Of a stretch of DNA of 64,000 nt, positions 1 through 9,601 are shown one piece after another. Origin of the DNA: an uncultured Verrucomicrobiae bacterium. Lineage in GTDB: Bacteria; Verrucomicrobiota; Verrucomicrobiia; Limisphaerales; BOG-1460. The notes beneath the pieces are model-generated. The model was not told where the DNA came from. It saw only the letters and a program-made list of their open reading frames with translations, and made no database searches. Made by a program: the position numbers and the translations under genes. The first letter of the stretch is position 1. Each line of letters starts with the position of its first letter. The stretch covers positions 110,935-174,934 of the forward strand of contig CAVXEG010000015.1 of NCBI GenBank assembly GCA_963760675.1. The letters run 5' to 3'.

Positions 1-1125
1 CTGGCGGACAAAATCATCATGGGTTTCTGCGGTAAGAACCTCGAAGCGGCGGACGAATTGTTGCAGGAAGGAGATCGCGATTCAAGCGAACGCAGTCAGA
101 AGATGCGAAAGCAAGGACTCGCGATCATCGCCAGTCTCATTCGCCTCGTGCCGATGAATCCTCCTGCGGGCGTGGGCTTCAGCATGCAAACCGGTCAGCC
201 TGTTCCCGCCAACTTCGTCCCAGGTTTCACCCTCCGAATGCCCGCGGAAGACCTGGCCGTCCTGGTGCAAACTTATCGCCGCGAGAAGAAAGCGGTACGC
301 GACCACCCGGAATGGCTCGCTTGGGTCAAGAGTTACTGCGATTGGCTTCTAACACAGCAGCGCGAAGACGGATCGTTTCCGTCGGCCTGGACGGCAGGGA
401 CGAGCACGGTGATCAACGATTCGGGAACCACCAGTTACGTCCCCGTTCCGGTATTGGTGCGGTTGAGTGAAGAAACCGGAGAGAAAAAATATTTGGACTC
501 CGCGATTCGCGCCGCGGAGTACATTTGGACCAACTTCGGCAGCAAAGGCGTGTTCCTCGGCGCGACTGGTAATGCGAATGTCGCCGACAAAGAATCCGGC
601 ATGTTGTCCATGGAAGCGTTCCTCGCGCTCTACGACAACACCAAAGACACCAAGTGGCTCGAACGCGCGAAGTCCGCCGCTGATTACACCGAAAGTTGGA
701 TTTGGATTTGGAACGTGCCGATGCCGATGGACGCCGACGATTCGAAGCTGCATTGGAAGAAAGGCGTGCCGACCATCGGCGTGAATGGAATTGGGTCGGA
801 CGTGCCCGGCGGCGTGGACCAGTATCTGGATTGGGCCGTTCCGTCTTACGCCAAGTTGTACAAGCTCACCAAAGACGAGCATTACCTCGACGTCGCGCGC
901 GTGCTTCTTCACGACACGAAAGCGATGCTTGCGCTGCCCGGACGAACGTATGATTTACTCGGCCCCGGCTGGCATCAGGAACACTGGAACATGGGACCGG
1001 GAAGAAAAGGCATGGGCGCGCACCGGAACTGGTTGGTGTGGGTTTCTGCGAACCACATCCACGGCATCATCGGCCTCGAAGAATTCGATAACGATTTGTA
1101 TCAACGACTGGCGAGAGGAAAATAA
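1..1125 (+). CDS. (alpha/alpha)6-barrel glycoside-hydrolase-like protein, 5' end probably outside the window
   Basis: The frame of ORF 19..1125 stays open back to nt 1 (LADKII-MGF...). Helix-rich, Trp/Tyr-rich sequence (WLERAKSAADYTESWIWIWN, DQYLDWAVPSYAKLYKLT) resembles six-hairpin glycosidases. The family is not resolved. Confidence 0.5.
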   Translation: MADKIIMGFCGKNLEAADELLQEGDRDSSERSQKMRKQGLAIIASLIRLVPMNPPAGVGFSMQTGQPVPANFVPGFTLRMPAEDLAVLVQTYRREKKAVRDHPEWLAWVKSYCDWLLTQQREDGSFPSAWTAGTSTVINDSGTTSYVPVPVLVRLSEETGEKKYLDSAIRAAEYIWTNFGSKGVFLGATGNANVADKESGMLSMEAFLALYDNTKDTKWLERAKSAADYTESWIWIWNVPMPMDADDSKLHWKKGVPTIGVNGIGSDVPGGVDQYLDWAVPSYAKLYKLTKDEHYLDVARVLLHDTKAMLALPGRTYDLLGPGWHQEHWNMGPGRKGMGAHRNWLVWVSANHIHGIIGLEEFDNDLYQRLARGK

Positions 1126-1226
1126 AAATATTCGGCAAAGATTCACAAGATGAATCGAATCGAATTCGGAATTTCAAAACTGGGCCGCGAGGAAACTTTA
1201 TTTGTGTCCAGGCAGTGATTGCATTT

Positions 1227-2507
1227 TTAGCACGTTATCCTGCCAACTCCTGCGCCTAATGCGTTGAGTCTGTCTCGATCAAATCCAGCCAGCGCCTTGT
1301 ATCGGCCGGCGATCTCCTCGAGTTCGTTCGGCGCGAACACATCAGTGACGTAGTTGAAGCCAGTTGGCGCCCGTTCCTCGGCGAGCTGCATGACGACTTC
1401 AGGTCCATGCTGGCGGTTGGTCAGCACCAGTTTTGCAGTTGGCTCCAGCCGCTCTGCCTCGTAGCGTTTGAGCGCGGTCACTGGGTCTGGTTCATTTGCG
1501 AGCGCCTCCGCCAGCGCCGCGGCATCGAGAATTCCCTGCGATGCGCCATTCGAGCCCACGGGGTACATCGGATGCGCGGCGTCGCCGAGGAGCGTCACCC
1601 GGCCATGACTCCAGCGCGGCACGGGGTCACGGTCCACCATCGGGAATTCATAGACCGTCTCCGCGCCCGCGATGAGCGCCGGCACGTCGAGCCAATCGAA
1701 TCGCCAGTTCTTGAACGCCGGGGCGAACTGTGTTTTGTCTGCGCGCCGGTTCCAGTCCCGCGGAATGGGCTCCTTGTCACCGCCCACGCGCAGTTCCGCA
1801 ATCCAGTTTATCAGCGACCTGCCGCGAGCCGCAGCGTCAGGGCAGATCGGGTAAGCGACGAATTTCTGGTCGGCGTGGCCCGCCATGATCATGGAACGAC
1901 CCGTCAGAAACGGACACGCTTCGGTGACGGCGCGCCACAGCATTCGGCCAGAAAACGGCGGGGAGCCTTCCTGCGGATAAAAAGTGCGGCGCACGACGGA
2001 ATGAATTCCGTCCGCTCCAATCAGGACATCGCCGCGCGCCTCCCCAGCGGGATTGCCGGTTGCGCGATCAATGAAACGCGCCGTCACGCCCTCGTCGTCT
2101 TGCTCGAATGATTCGAGGTGCAGTCCGGTGCGGACTTTCTCCGTGCTCAACCGTTCCTGCGTCGCTTCCAGGAGCAACATTTGCAGACGGCCACGATGCA
2201 CCGAGTATTGCGGCCAGCGGTAGCCGGCCTTCAACCCTCGCGGTTCGCGCCAGATCAACTGGCCGAACTTGTTGTGGTAGGAAAGTTCCGCGGTTGCGAT
2301 GGAGATGGCGGCCAGTCTCTGATCGAGTCCAAGAATCGTAAGCTCGCGAACGGCGTGAGGAAGCAGATTCAATCCAACGCCAAGCGGACGAATCGTCGGG
2401 ACCGACTCGAAGACGGTCACCTCAAACCCTCGACGATGCAGATGCAACGCCGCCGTGAGACCGGCCGGACCAGCGCCTATGACGAGAATGTTCAGCTTCG
2501 CGCTCAA
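1227..2507 (-). CDS. FAD-dependent aromatic-ring monooxygenase (salicylate/3-hydroxybenzoate hydroxylase-like)
   Basis: Has the GxGxxG motif NILVIGAGPAGLTAAL, the GADGIHSVVRR motif and LLGDAAHPMYPVGSNGASQGILDA. I place the start at the TTG at 2507, because the ATG at 2594 would overlap the upstream gene by ~80 nt. Confidence 0.8.
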   Translation of the reverse strand: MSAKLNILVIGAGPAGLTAALHLHRRGFEVTVFESVPTIRPLGVGLNLLPHAVRELTILGLDQRLAAISIATAELSYHNKFGQLIWREPRGLKAGYRWPQYSVHRGRLQMLLLEATQERLSTEKVRTGLHLESFEQDDEGVTARFIDRATGNPAGEARGDVLIGADGIHSVVRRTFYPQEGSPPFSGRMLWRAVTEACPFLTGRSMIMAGHADQKFVAYPICPDAAARGRSLINWIAELRVGGDKEPIPRDWNRRADKTQFAPAFKNWRFDWLDVPALIAGAETVYEFPMVDRDPVPRWSHGRVTLLGDAAHPMYPVGSNGASQGILDAAALAEALANEPDPVTALKRYEAERLEPTAKLVLTNRQHGPEVVMQLAEERAPTGFNYVTDVFAPNELEEIAGRYKALAGFDRDRLNALGAGVGRITC

Positions 2508-2515
2508 GCAGCCGG

Positions 2516-4330
2516 TCAAGGCGCGGTGCTCTCGTACGACTCGGCGGATTCCGGCGATCCCCCTTTGTAGCGGGGATAATTCGGATACGAGCACAGCGGC
2601 AGGCTGCGTGCCACTCCAGCGGTGACGATCAGCGTCTTTCCGGGAGCTTCGTTACGCTCGACCCAGGCGGTGATCAAAGCGGTTTTGTCATACTGATTCG
2701 GAATCGCGAATGCAGAAACCGAGTTTCCGTCGCCCGTCATCCCGCTGCTTCGGCCACTCAAACCGTGGCCCACCTGCGGAATGACGAAGAACCGGGCGAA
2801 CGCATCCACCTGTTCGCGGCCCATCTTGTCGAGCACGGATTGAAAATAATCGAGTTGCGCCCCCGGCGACGCCAGCGTGTCGTCGGTCCCGATCGTCACG
2901 ATCATTTTGCCGCCGCGCCGATAGAAGGCGGAGAGATCGGGGTTAGTGGAGTCGAGCCATTCGGAAATTTGCTCGCGACGTTTGTTGAGCGGACCACCTT
3001 CGACGTAGTCAAGCGGGTTGGCCGAGAGATTCTGCATGAGGAATCCCGTCACGCCGAGACCTCCCAGATGCGAATGCATGGGCGCGTTTTCAGCAGCGCC
3101 TTCCTGGCCGCGAAAACGACGGTCGGCGATCAATCCGCTGCCCGCCGGGTCGGTGTTCGGAACCCACATGCCGAAGGAACGCACACCGTTTGCGAGCGGC
3201 GTCGCAAACTTGTAGCGGCTGTAAACGAACTTCAGTGTTTCAATCTGCCCGTCCGTCAAACGCGCGTTGGGGGAAGTGTCGGCCGGATCCGGGTCCTTCC
3301 CGTCGGGGCCGCGAAGCGCCGCCCAAGGATTGCGACTGGGATCGCCCTGCGACATGTCGAACAGTGCGCGTGCCGCCATGTAGTTGTTGATGACGCCGTC
3401 CGCGACGCCGTCCAGCTTGTCTGCCTGACGCATGAATTCGGCGCGGATGGCGTTCACCTTCGCGCGGGTGACCCAGTTGGACTGCGGCTTCTCCTGGATG
3501 CGGATCAGCGCGGGCGCGAGCATCAACGTGGAAAAATTCACGATCGGAACATCGGCAACGATGCCGTCGTAGTCTGCCGGGTAACGCTGCGCGACCGTTA
3601 ATGCTTCGCGGCCACCTTGCGAGGCGCCGATGTAATAGTTGAAACGCGGCCGTTCGCCATAAACGCGCTCCATGATCACCATCGCGGCATCATGCGTCTT
3701 CTTCATCTGCATGTAACCGAGATTGCGGATGGCTTCCTCATTGAGCGCCCAATCATCGCCTCCACCGGCTCCCATTGGTGGTCCACCGGGACGCGCTCCG
3801 CCTCGCGGCCCAAATCCCATTCCGCCGAATCCGCCCATTTGGTGCCCCGAATCGCTGCCGTACCGCGCGAAACTCGCCGTCGGCGTGCCGGGTCGTTCGC
3901 CGCGGAGCATGGGCACCATTCCGTTCATGCCGCCGCCGCCGACCTGAATTGCCCGACGACTCCAACTGGCTGGGAGCAGGACGCGGAAGTTGATCGGCTT
4001 TCCCTTCGGATCTTTGGGAGCGATCGCACCTTCGACCAATGCGTAGGCAACCGAATTGTCTGTCGCCTCAACCCAGCGCGGCGGCGACAGCGTCACGCCG
4101 CCCACGGGTTCACCGATTGCGGAAGCCGGAATGTTGGTTCCAACTTTTTCCGCGGTGACATCGGCTGACGTAATCACGATGTCGTTTGTAGCGGGAGGCA
4201 GTTTCGATCCCGGAGCGGGAATCGCCTCGGCCGCCAATACTGCAATCGGCAGCGCAAAAAGCGCCGACATGCACATCCGGGTGATGGCCATTGACCGCCA
4301 CCTTTTGTTTCTTGGATCATTGAGATTCAT
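2516..4330 (-). CDS. tannase/feruloyl esterase family hydrolase, secreted
   Basis: Shows YIGASQGGREALTVAQRYPADYDGIVADVPIVNF (nucleophile-elbow region typical of the tannase/feruloyl-esterase family) and GSDSGH. The internal start MNLNDPRNKRWRSMAITRMCMSALFALPIAVLAAEA gives a signal peptide. The extension up to 4657 is Arg/Cys-rich and unlikely to be coding. Contains a Gly/Arg-rich loop, GGFGGMGFGPRGGARPGGPPMGAGGG. Confidence 0.75.
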   Translation of the reverse strand: MNLNDPRNKRWRSMAITRMCMSALFALPIAVLAAEAIPAPGSKLPPATNDIVITSADVTAEKVGTNIPASAIGEPVGGVTLSPPRWVEATDNSVAYALVEGAIAPKDPKGKPINFRVLLPASWSRRAIQVGGGGMNGMVPMLRGERPGTPTASFARYGSDSGHQMGGFGGMGFGPRGGARPGGPPMGAGGGDDWALNEEAIRNLGYMQMKKTHDAAMVIMERVYGERPRFNYYIGASQGGREALTVAQRYPADYDGIVADVPIVNFSTLMLAPALIRIQEKPQSNWVTRAKVNAIRAEFMRQADKLDGVADGVINNYMAARALFDMSQGDPSRNPWAALRGPDGKDPDPADTSPNARLTDGQIETLKFVYSRYKFATPLANGVRSFGMWVPNTDPAGSGLIADRRFRGQEGAAENAPMHSHLGGLGVTGFLMQNLSANPLDYVEGGPLNKRREQISEWLDSTNPDLSAFYRRGGKMIVTIGTDDTLASPGAQLDYFQSVLDKMGREQVDAFARFFVIPQVGHGLSGRSSGMTGDGNSVSAFAIPNQYDKTALITAWVERNEAPGKTLIVTAGVARSLPLCSYPNYPRYKGGSPESAESYESTAP

Positions 4331-5079
4331 AGCGGTGATTTTGGAGGCTCGCTCAAATCGGTCCTGCGCCGGAAAATTGTTTTTGAGGGCCCACTCTTCG
4401 AGTTTAGATTGCCGTCGAAGAGATGCAAGCCGCACCTGAAGTCCAATGTGTCGGCACTCGCGCGCGTTTCGCATTTCGAGCAGAACGTCCGCCCATCCAG
4501 GGAGTTTGGATTTGCCATCCAAGACATCCGTCCCATTGTATTGTTTCAAAGAAAAAGTGTTTTGACACCACTTTGCAATCCGGAGAACTGACTTTTTACC
4601 TCGGCTGAGCGCGCAGAACGAAACGCGTACGACCGCAGCAAGAGCACTCTTTCTCATAGCAGCAGACGATGCATAAATGTAAACGTGACGTAAGGGTGAT
4701 TCACAGACATCGGGCCAGCGGTTGGGGATTAGCCGAGCCCATCGATTTCGTCAGTCCCCTGCTCCGATAGCTAAACTTTTGAACCTCCGCGAGAATGACA
4801 ACGTGGTTCTTGTCGTAGTGTTTGGCGCATTTGGGGCAGGTCGTGTAATACATCAGCTCGCGCTTGATCGTCTTGCCCTTCGATCATACCCATTCGAACA
4901 TCTACGTGCACCATTGACGGGTGTTCTTGAACGGCCTCTCGAACACCTTGCTCAGAAACGATCCACTGAACCCATGTAACCGCAAGCCCGAAGTGCCGTG
5001 GCATTTCTGCGCCTTTCCCAGCGAAGTGCGGTGTGCGGTCTCTCCATTACCGTGGACGATTCGTTCTCGCCTCAAGGCG

Positions 5080-6132
5080 CTACTTCATGTAGCCCTTCTC
5101 TTTGTAATAACGCGAGGCGCCGGGATGCAGCGGAACTTCGTACGCCTTCCACACGGTGTGGACGTTGTAAGAGAAGTTCAGATGGCTCCATTGCAGGAGT
5201 TGCTGCTGCTCGTCCATCGCTTTGGCCACGAAATAGGCGAAGTCATCCGGCGTGTCGGTGCGGCAGTAAATTACGGTTCCGGTCCGCACGACTGTAGGGA
5301 TGGGACGATCGACACCGCGATAAAGCCCCGGAGGAATTGTTCCGCGCTCCTGCTCACCTTCCTTCGCGAGCGCGTCGAGCAATTCCTCCGGCAATTCGAT
5401 GAAACGGAGATCGAATTCCTGACTGATCTCGGTCCATATTCTCCATTCGGGAGCGGTCGTCATAATGCCAGCGCCGCCGATGACGACATCGAACTTCTCC
5501 CGGTCCTCGGCGGAATTTCCAATGTGCCCGCCAGCAGCTTCGATTGCCTGTCTTGAAAGACCGAAGTAACTCAGAATGCGTGTTGAGGATTCGCCGCCAA
5601 TGCCTGCGGTCAATATCCGAACTGGCCAGCGCTTCTGTTTAATCTGTGAGAGGTTTGTGATTCCCGTTTCCGCTTTCGCTGCGACCAGAACGTAGCTTGG
5701 GTCCTGAATGTTCGCGATAAAACACAAGTTCGTTCTCGGTTGTTCTCGCGCGTACATTCCCGTTCCACGGTATGCAGTGCGCAGGAATTGAATTGCGACC
5801 GCACCGAAATCAACCGCTCCAAGGTCAGGCACATTTCGTGGCGCGAGCGCTTCGGACACGGCGGGATCGGGCCGATAAGGCGGAGGCTTTCGCGCTTCGC
5901 TGACAATGCGCGGCGCGTCGGCGCCATTGCAGTTATAGCAAATCTGCACGTCGTAACCGTAGGGCTTCATCGCTGCTTTCACCACTTCAGCCATCGCTCC
6001 CCACGGACATATTTCGCACGCGCCGCCGAACACCGGTTTCCTTGCTTCAATGCCGGTTTGCCCGACGGCAACGGAAGCTCCGACAAGCAGAGCCGGAGTC
6101 AGGCGGGCGAAACATTTGCGGAGGCTTGCCAT
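5080..6132 (-). CDS. TAXI-family (TRAP-type) periplasmic solute-binding-like protein with an N-terminal Cys cluster
   Basis: Signal peptide MASLRKCFARLTPALLVGASVAVG. The C-terminal VPLHPGASRYYKEKGYMK is characteristic of TAXI receptors. Unusual CEIC...CYNC motif at residues ~38-70. No TRAP membrane subunit is adjacent. Confidence 0.65.
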   Translation of the reverse strand: MASLRKCFARLTPALLVGASVAVGQTGIEARKPVFGGACEICPWGAMAEVVKAAMKPYGYDVQICYNCNGADAPRIVSEARKPPPYRPDPAVSEALAPRNVPDLGAVDFGAVAIQFLRTAYRGTGMYAREQPRTNLCFIANIQDPSYVLVAAKAETGITNLSQIKQKRWPVRILTAGIGGESSTRILSYFGLSRQAIEAAGGHIGNSAEDREKFDVVIGGAGIMTTAPEWRIWTEISQEFDLRFIELPEELLDALAKEGEQERGTIPPGLYRGVDRPIPTVVRTGTVIYCRTDTPDDFAYFVAKAMDEQQQLLQWSHLNFSYNVHTVWKAYEVPLHPGASRYYKEKGYMK

Positions 6133-6144
6133 CGTTCGCAGTTG

Positions 6145-7020
6145 TTATACAGGCACGGCCAACTTTTCGATGCGCGAAATATTATCACTTACTTGGGCGA
6201 AGCTCTCGCAACCGATCGAGAAACAGTTCAGCGCGTCTTTGGCAAGCGCGTAGCGCAGCGCGTCGTCGTGCTCCTTGCCGCCAATCAGGCTGCCCTCGCC
6301 GAGAACCTTGATGCCGATGGTCCCTTTGCCGTTGGCTTTCATTTGTTTGACTATCGGCAGAACGACTTCAGGCGTGTCGTCCATGCGCTCGCCGGCGGGA
6401 TTCAGCCGCACCATGCAAATGTCCAGCCAGGGATTTTTCGACGCGACTTGCATCGCTTCGACCGAATGACAACTGATGCCTACTGAGTGAAGGATTTTCT
6501 TCTCTTTGGCCTGCGCCATCACTTCCATCGAGCCTTTGTCCTCGTCATTCCAAGTGGCACTCATGCGAGTGTGAAGCAGGAGGATGTCAATGTAATCAGT
6601 GCCAAGCTCCTTCAGAAAGCGATCTATGTCTTCTTTCGTCTTGTCGGCGGTCCAGGCGTCGGTCTTGGTGAGGATTGTGACCTTCTCGCGCGGAACTTTT
6701 TTCAGTGCGACCTTGACCGCGTCGTGCGTGCCGTAGGAATCGGCGGTATCCCAGAAGAAAATGCCCTTCTCGTAAGCCGAGCACAGCATATCCGCAACGC
6801 CGTTGACTCCCAGCGCTCGAAGTTGATTTGAATCATGACCTGCGCCGTAGGTTCCGGTGCCGACACCCATACGGGATATTTTGATTTTCGCGGGGCCGAG
6901 TTCGATGACATCGGTTGCGCGGCGAATTGTTTTTTCAGCAGCGAGCGCGTTGAGCGGCAATGCCGCGGCGGCTCCAAGAGCCACCGAACGTTCTAGAAAT
7001 TCTCTTCGGCTAATTTGCAT
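6145..7020 (-). CDS. aldo/keto reductase with twin-arginine (Tat) signal peptide
   Basis: MQISRREFLERSVALGAAAALPLNALA is a Tat signal. AKR core FWDTADSYGTHD, ILTKT, IDILLLH. The start at 7020 leaves 61 nt to the upstream cytochrome gene. Confidence 0.8.
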   Translation of the reverse strand: MQISRREFLERSVALGAAAALPLNALAAEKTIRRATDVIELGPAKIKISRMGVGTGTYGAGHDSNQLRALGVNGVADMLCSAYEKGIFFWDTADSYGTHDAVKVALKKVPREKVTILTKTDAWTADKTKEDIDRFLKELGTDYIDILLLHTRMSATWNDEDKGSMEVMAQAKEKKILHSVGISCHSVEAMQVASKNPWLDICMVRLNPAGERMDDTPEVVLPIVKQMKANGKGTIGIKVLGEGSLIGGKEHDDALRYALAKDALNCFSIGCESFAQVSDNISRIEKLAVPV

Positions 7021-7081
7021 GGTCTTGTTTGTGTTATTGCGTTGAGGTTGGTCATGAGGTTTTACCGTTGCTTCGACAAAT

Positions 7082-7915
7082 TCATTTCTCATCTGAGTCG
7101 GTCGATGGAGTAATAGGTTGAGCGGCTCGCTTTAGAGCTTCGAGGTCCATGCCGTGCACTGCCACTCGCGCACGAGCCAGGGCTTCTTTCGAATCAGGGC
7201 CAGCCGCTTCCAAGCCCGCCAAAACTTGCGCCATCTGCTCCCCCAATCTGACAGGGCGAGACCCGGGCCGATGGCAGCGCGCGCAGACCGAATCGGAACC
7301 GGTGAGCATAGCCGTGGTCGCGGGCTCTGTGTCGTGGCTGGAATGGCAGACGGTGCAACCGGGCCGTCGCTGTGTGTTGAACACCCGACCATGCTCTGTG
7401 TCGGCGAACGCCTCAGCCGTGGATGCATGACACTTGGCGCAGGTTTTGGAAATGCGTCGCGGACTAACCGTCGATAGCGAATCGCTCGACGGACGGATCT
7501 GATGAATGCCGTGACAATCCACACACTCAGCCGCCCTCCTTCGACCCGCCGCCAGCAACTTGCCGTGAACCCCGTTCGTGTACTTCGCAAGCTGGTCCAC
7601 GCGCGGTTGCGGTTCGTACTTGCTCATGAACTCAGCATCGCTGTGGCAATGCCCGCAGAATTCTGGAACACCCTGACGTGTCACGCGTACTTTGAAACCG
7701 CGACTCGCATTCATCGCGATGTTTTGGTTGCTCTCGTTGGGATCACCACCGTGACAATGGGCACAGCTGATCTCCTTTGCGAAATGGATGTCGTTCGTGA
7801 AAACGCGGCTCGTCCCTTCCATGACACGGTGACAATCAAAGCAGGAATCCTTGCCGGCACAAGCTCCGCAGCCCAGCAGTGTGACTAGCGCGATCAGCAG
7901 TGTTTGCGGTTTCAT
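7082..7915 (-). CDS. multiheme c-type cytochrome (seven CXXCH motifs)
   Basis: Motifs CFDCH, CAHCH, CGHCH, CVDCH, CAKCH, CTVCH and CARCH. Signal or lipoprotein-like N-terminus MKPQTLLIALVTLLGCGAC. Confidence 0.85.
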   Translation of the reverse strand: MKPQTLLIALVTLLGCGACAGKDSCFDCHRVMEGTSRVFTNDIHFAKEISCAHCHGGDPNESNQNIAMNASRGFKVRVTRQGVPEFCGHCHSDAEFMSKYEPQPRVDQLAKYTNGVHGKLLAAGRRRAAECVDCHGIHQIRPSSDSLSTVSPRRISKTCAKCHASTAEAFADTEHGRVFNTQRRPGCTVCHSSHDTEPATTAMLTGSDSVCARCHRPGSRPVRLGEQMAQVLAGLEAAGPDSKEALARARVAVHGMDLEALKRAAQPITPSTDSDEK

Positions 7916-8078
7916 GGGTGAATCGAACAACGCGGTCTTCGACGGGCGACGAGAAAATCGCAGCTACGCTCTCAACAGCAAAGCAAATTCTTTTTGGCTC
8001 GCGAGAATCGACAATACTGATATTGACAATGCTGGTTCAATTTCCGTGCAGCCACCAATCAACCGACGAGCGTCACTC

Positions 8079-9419
8079 TTGAAAACGAATAGGAAACGGA
8101 ATGGGCTGACCATCGTAATCGGCGTCTTTTTCGTCGTCGCGATAGTGGTGGGAAGCAGATTGGGCCATTCGTCACCGGAGCAAATCATAACGCTCCCCAA
8201 CGGAGACCAATACCGCTTTGTCGGAACAACCTATAGCAAAGAGAATGTACCGCCCGCATTCCTGGCACGTCTGGTTAGCTGGTTGCCTTCGGGTCTGGCA
8301 GAGTTTGCCCGTAAACACATCCGAACTGGAATTACCCATTACAACGTGGGAACGAAGTCCGACACTCCGCAACTCTTCATTTGGTTCCAATTTGTGGGAA
8401 CTAAAGCTACTGGGCCGATGCCATCATCCAGTTTCTCCTCCAATGCGCGATTGGCGGATGAGGCCGGTGTTCAGTCGGGTCCGACAGGTTTCATCGGATT
8501 CTCCAGGAACGTTGCCTGGTGCTACGTCTCCTTTCGAGCGACTCCCAGGCGAAGCCAAAACCTTCAATGTTTCTTTTACTCTACAACCCGCACCACCGAA
8601 GCGGTCGAACCCTTCGGTGAGCTGACGTTTCGAAATCCCCTCTATGGTCGCTTCCCACAGTGGGCACCCGAAGCAGTGCCGTCGGTGAAGCGGGTTGGCG
8701 ATCTGGAGGTGCGCCTTAACAACCTGAAGGTAGGTTTTCCGTTTGGAAGCGAAAGTTTCAACAGTACAGGCATCGAAGTATCATTACATTCCTTGAGCGC
8801 ACCGGGCGAACGCTGGATTCCACACCGCGTGGAATTGAGTGATGCTACTGGAAACATTCTTCGAGGGACATTTTCACTTAATTCGGACGTCTGGTTTTCT
8901 CGCCTCTCCGGTGGTCCTGTGTCCACGAATTGGACCGGATACAGCGGATACACCCTAGGAACGCTTTGGCCGGACGAATCTGCATGGAAATTGAGTCTTG
9001 AGTTGAAGCGCTCATCGGGCTGCGCCCCCAATGAACTCGTGACGTTCAAGAGCGTACCGATCCCGCCTTTGGGCAACTCCAATGCAGCGCCGATCGTCAA
9101 TACTGCCGGAGGAATTCACCTTATGCTTACAAGTTTTGTGCGGCGACCGAATATCACGACGCAAGAAGCTCTCCCGTTGGATTTCGCCACCAAGATCCGG
9201 ATCGAACTGCCCGGCAAGCCGAAGGGTGTGGCGATTGATTTCGTAGACATGACTACCGATACCGGACCAGCCGAGCGTTATGGCTATTCCGCTTCGGAGT
9301 TCGCTTACAACCTATTCGTGAATTCCATCCCCACGAATGCGCACACCATAGACATTACGTTCGCTGTTCAGAAAACACGCTCGGTGGAGTTCCTGGTGAA
9401 ACCGCCCGGCGCAAAGTGA
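8079..9419 (+). CDS. hypothetical membrane-anchored protein
   Basis: Long ORF 7851..9419 with protein-like composition and one N-terminal TM helix (GLTIVIGVFFVVAIVVG). No recognisable motif. The start is uncertain: TTG 8079 is chosen because the ATGs at 7851/7914 overlap the divergent cytochrome gene. Confidence 0.5.
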   Translation: MKTNRKRNGLTIVIGVFFVVAIVVGSRLGHSSPEQIITLPNGDQYRFVGTTYSKENVPPAFLARLVSWLPSGLAEFARKHIRTGITHYNVGTKSDTPQLFIWFQFVGTKATGPMPSSSFSSNARLADEAGVQSGPTGFIGFSRNVAWCYVSFRATPRRSQNLQCFFYSTTRTTEAVEPFGELTFRNPLYGRFPQWAPEAVPSVKRVGDLEVRLNNLKVGFPFGSESFNSTGIEVSLHSLSAPGERWIPHRVELSDATGNILRGTFSLNSDVWFSRLSGGPVSTNWTGYSGYTLGTLWPDESAWKLSLELKRSSGCAPNELVTFKSVPIPPLGNSNAAPIVNTAGGIHLMLTSFVRRPNITTQEALPLDFATKIRIELPGKPKGVAIDFVDMTTDTGPAERYGYSASEFAYNLFVNSIPTNAHTIDITFAVQKTRSVEFLVKPPGAK

Positions 9420-9601
9420 TGCGACCGGATTGTGTTCGCCGAACTGATTAGTCTGAAATTCCAATCTTCCGTTTCAATTTGCTCCGAGTCTGACGTCGGT
9501 CTAACGGAAATGCATCAGTGTCTGCTCTAGCCAACCATTGCCCTGCACTGGCCAAAAACCGCCGATTTACAGCTATTGCTCCGCGCCGGTAAAATCACAC
9601 C

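Noticed and set aside
4700-5010. Minus-strand fragments between the esterase and TAXI genes. They include a zinc-ribbon-like ...KGKTIKRELMYYTTCPKCAKHYDKNHVVILAEVQKF... and upstream pieces in other frames, which could be a transposase or small Zn-finger gene remnant.
   Set aside because: The reading is interrupted by stops in every frame, I recognise no family, and the flanks have no inverted repeats. Left unannotated.
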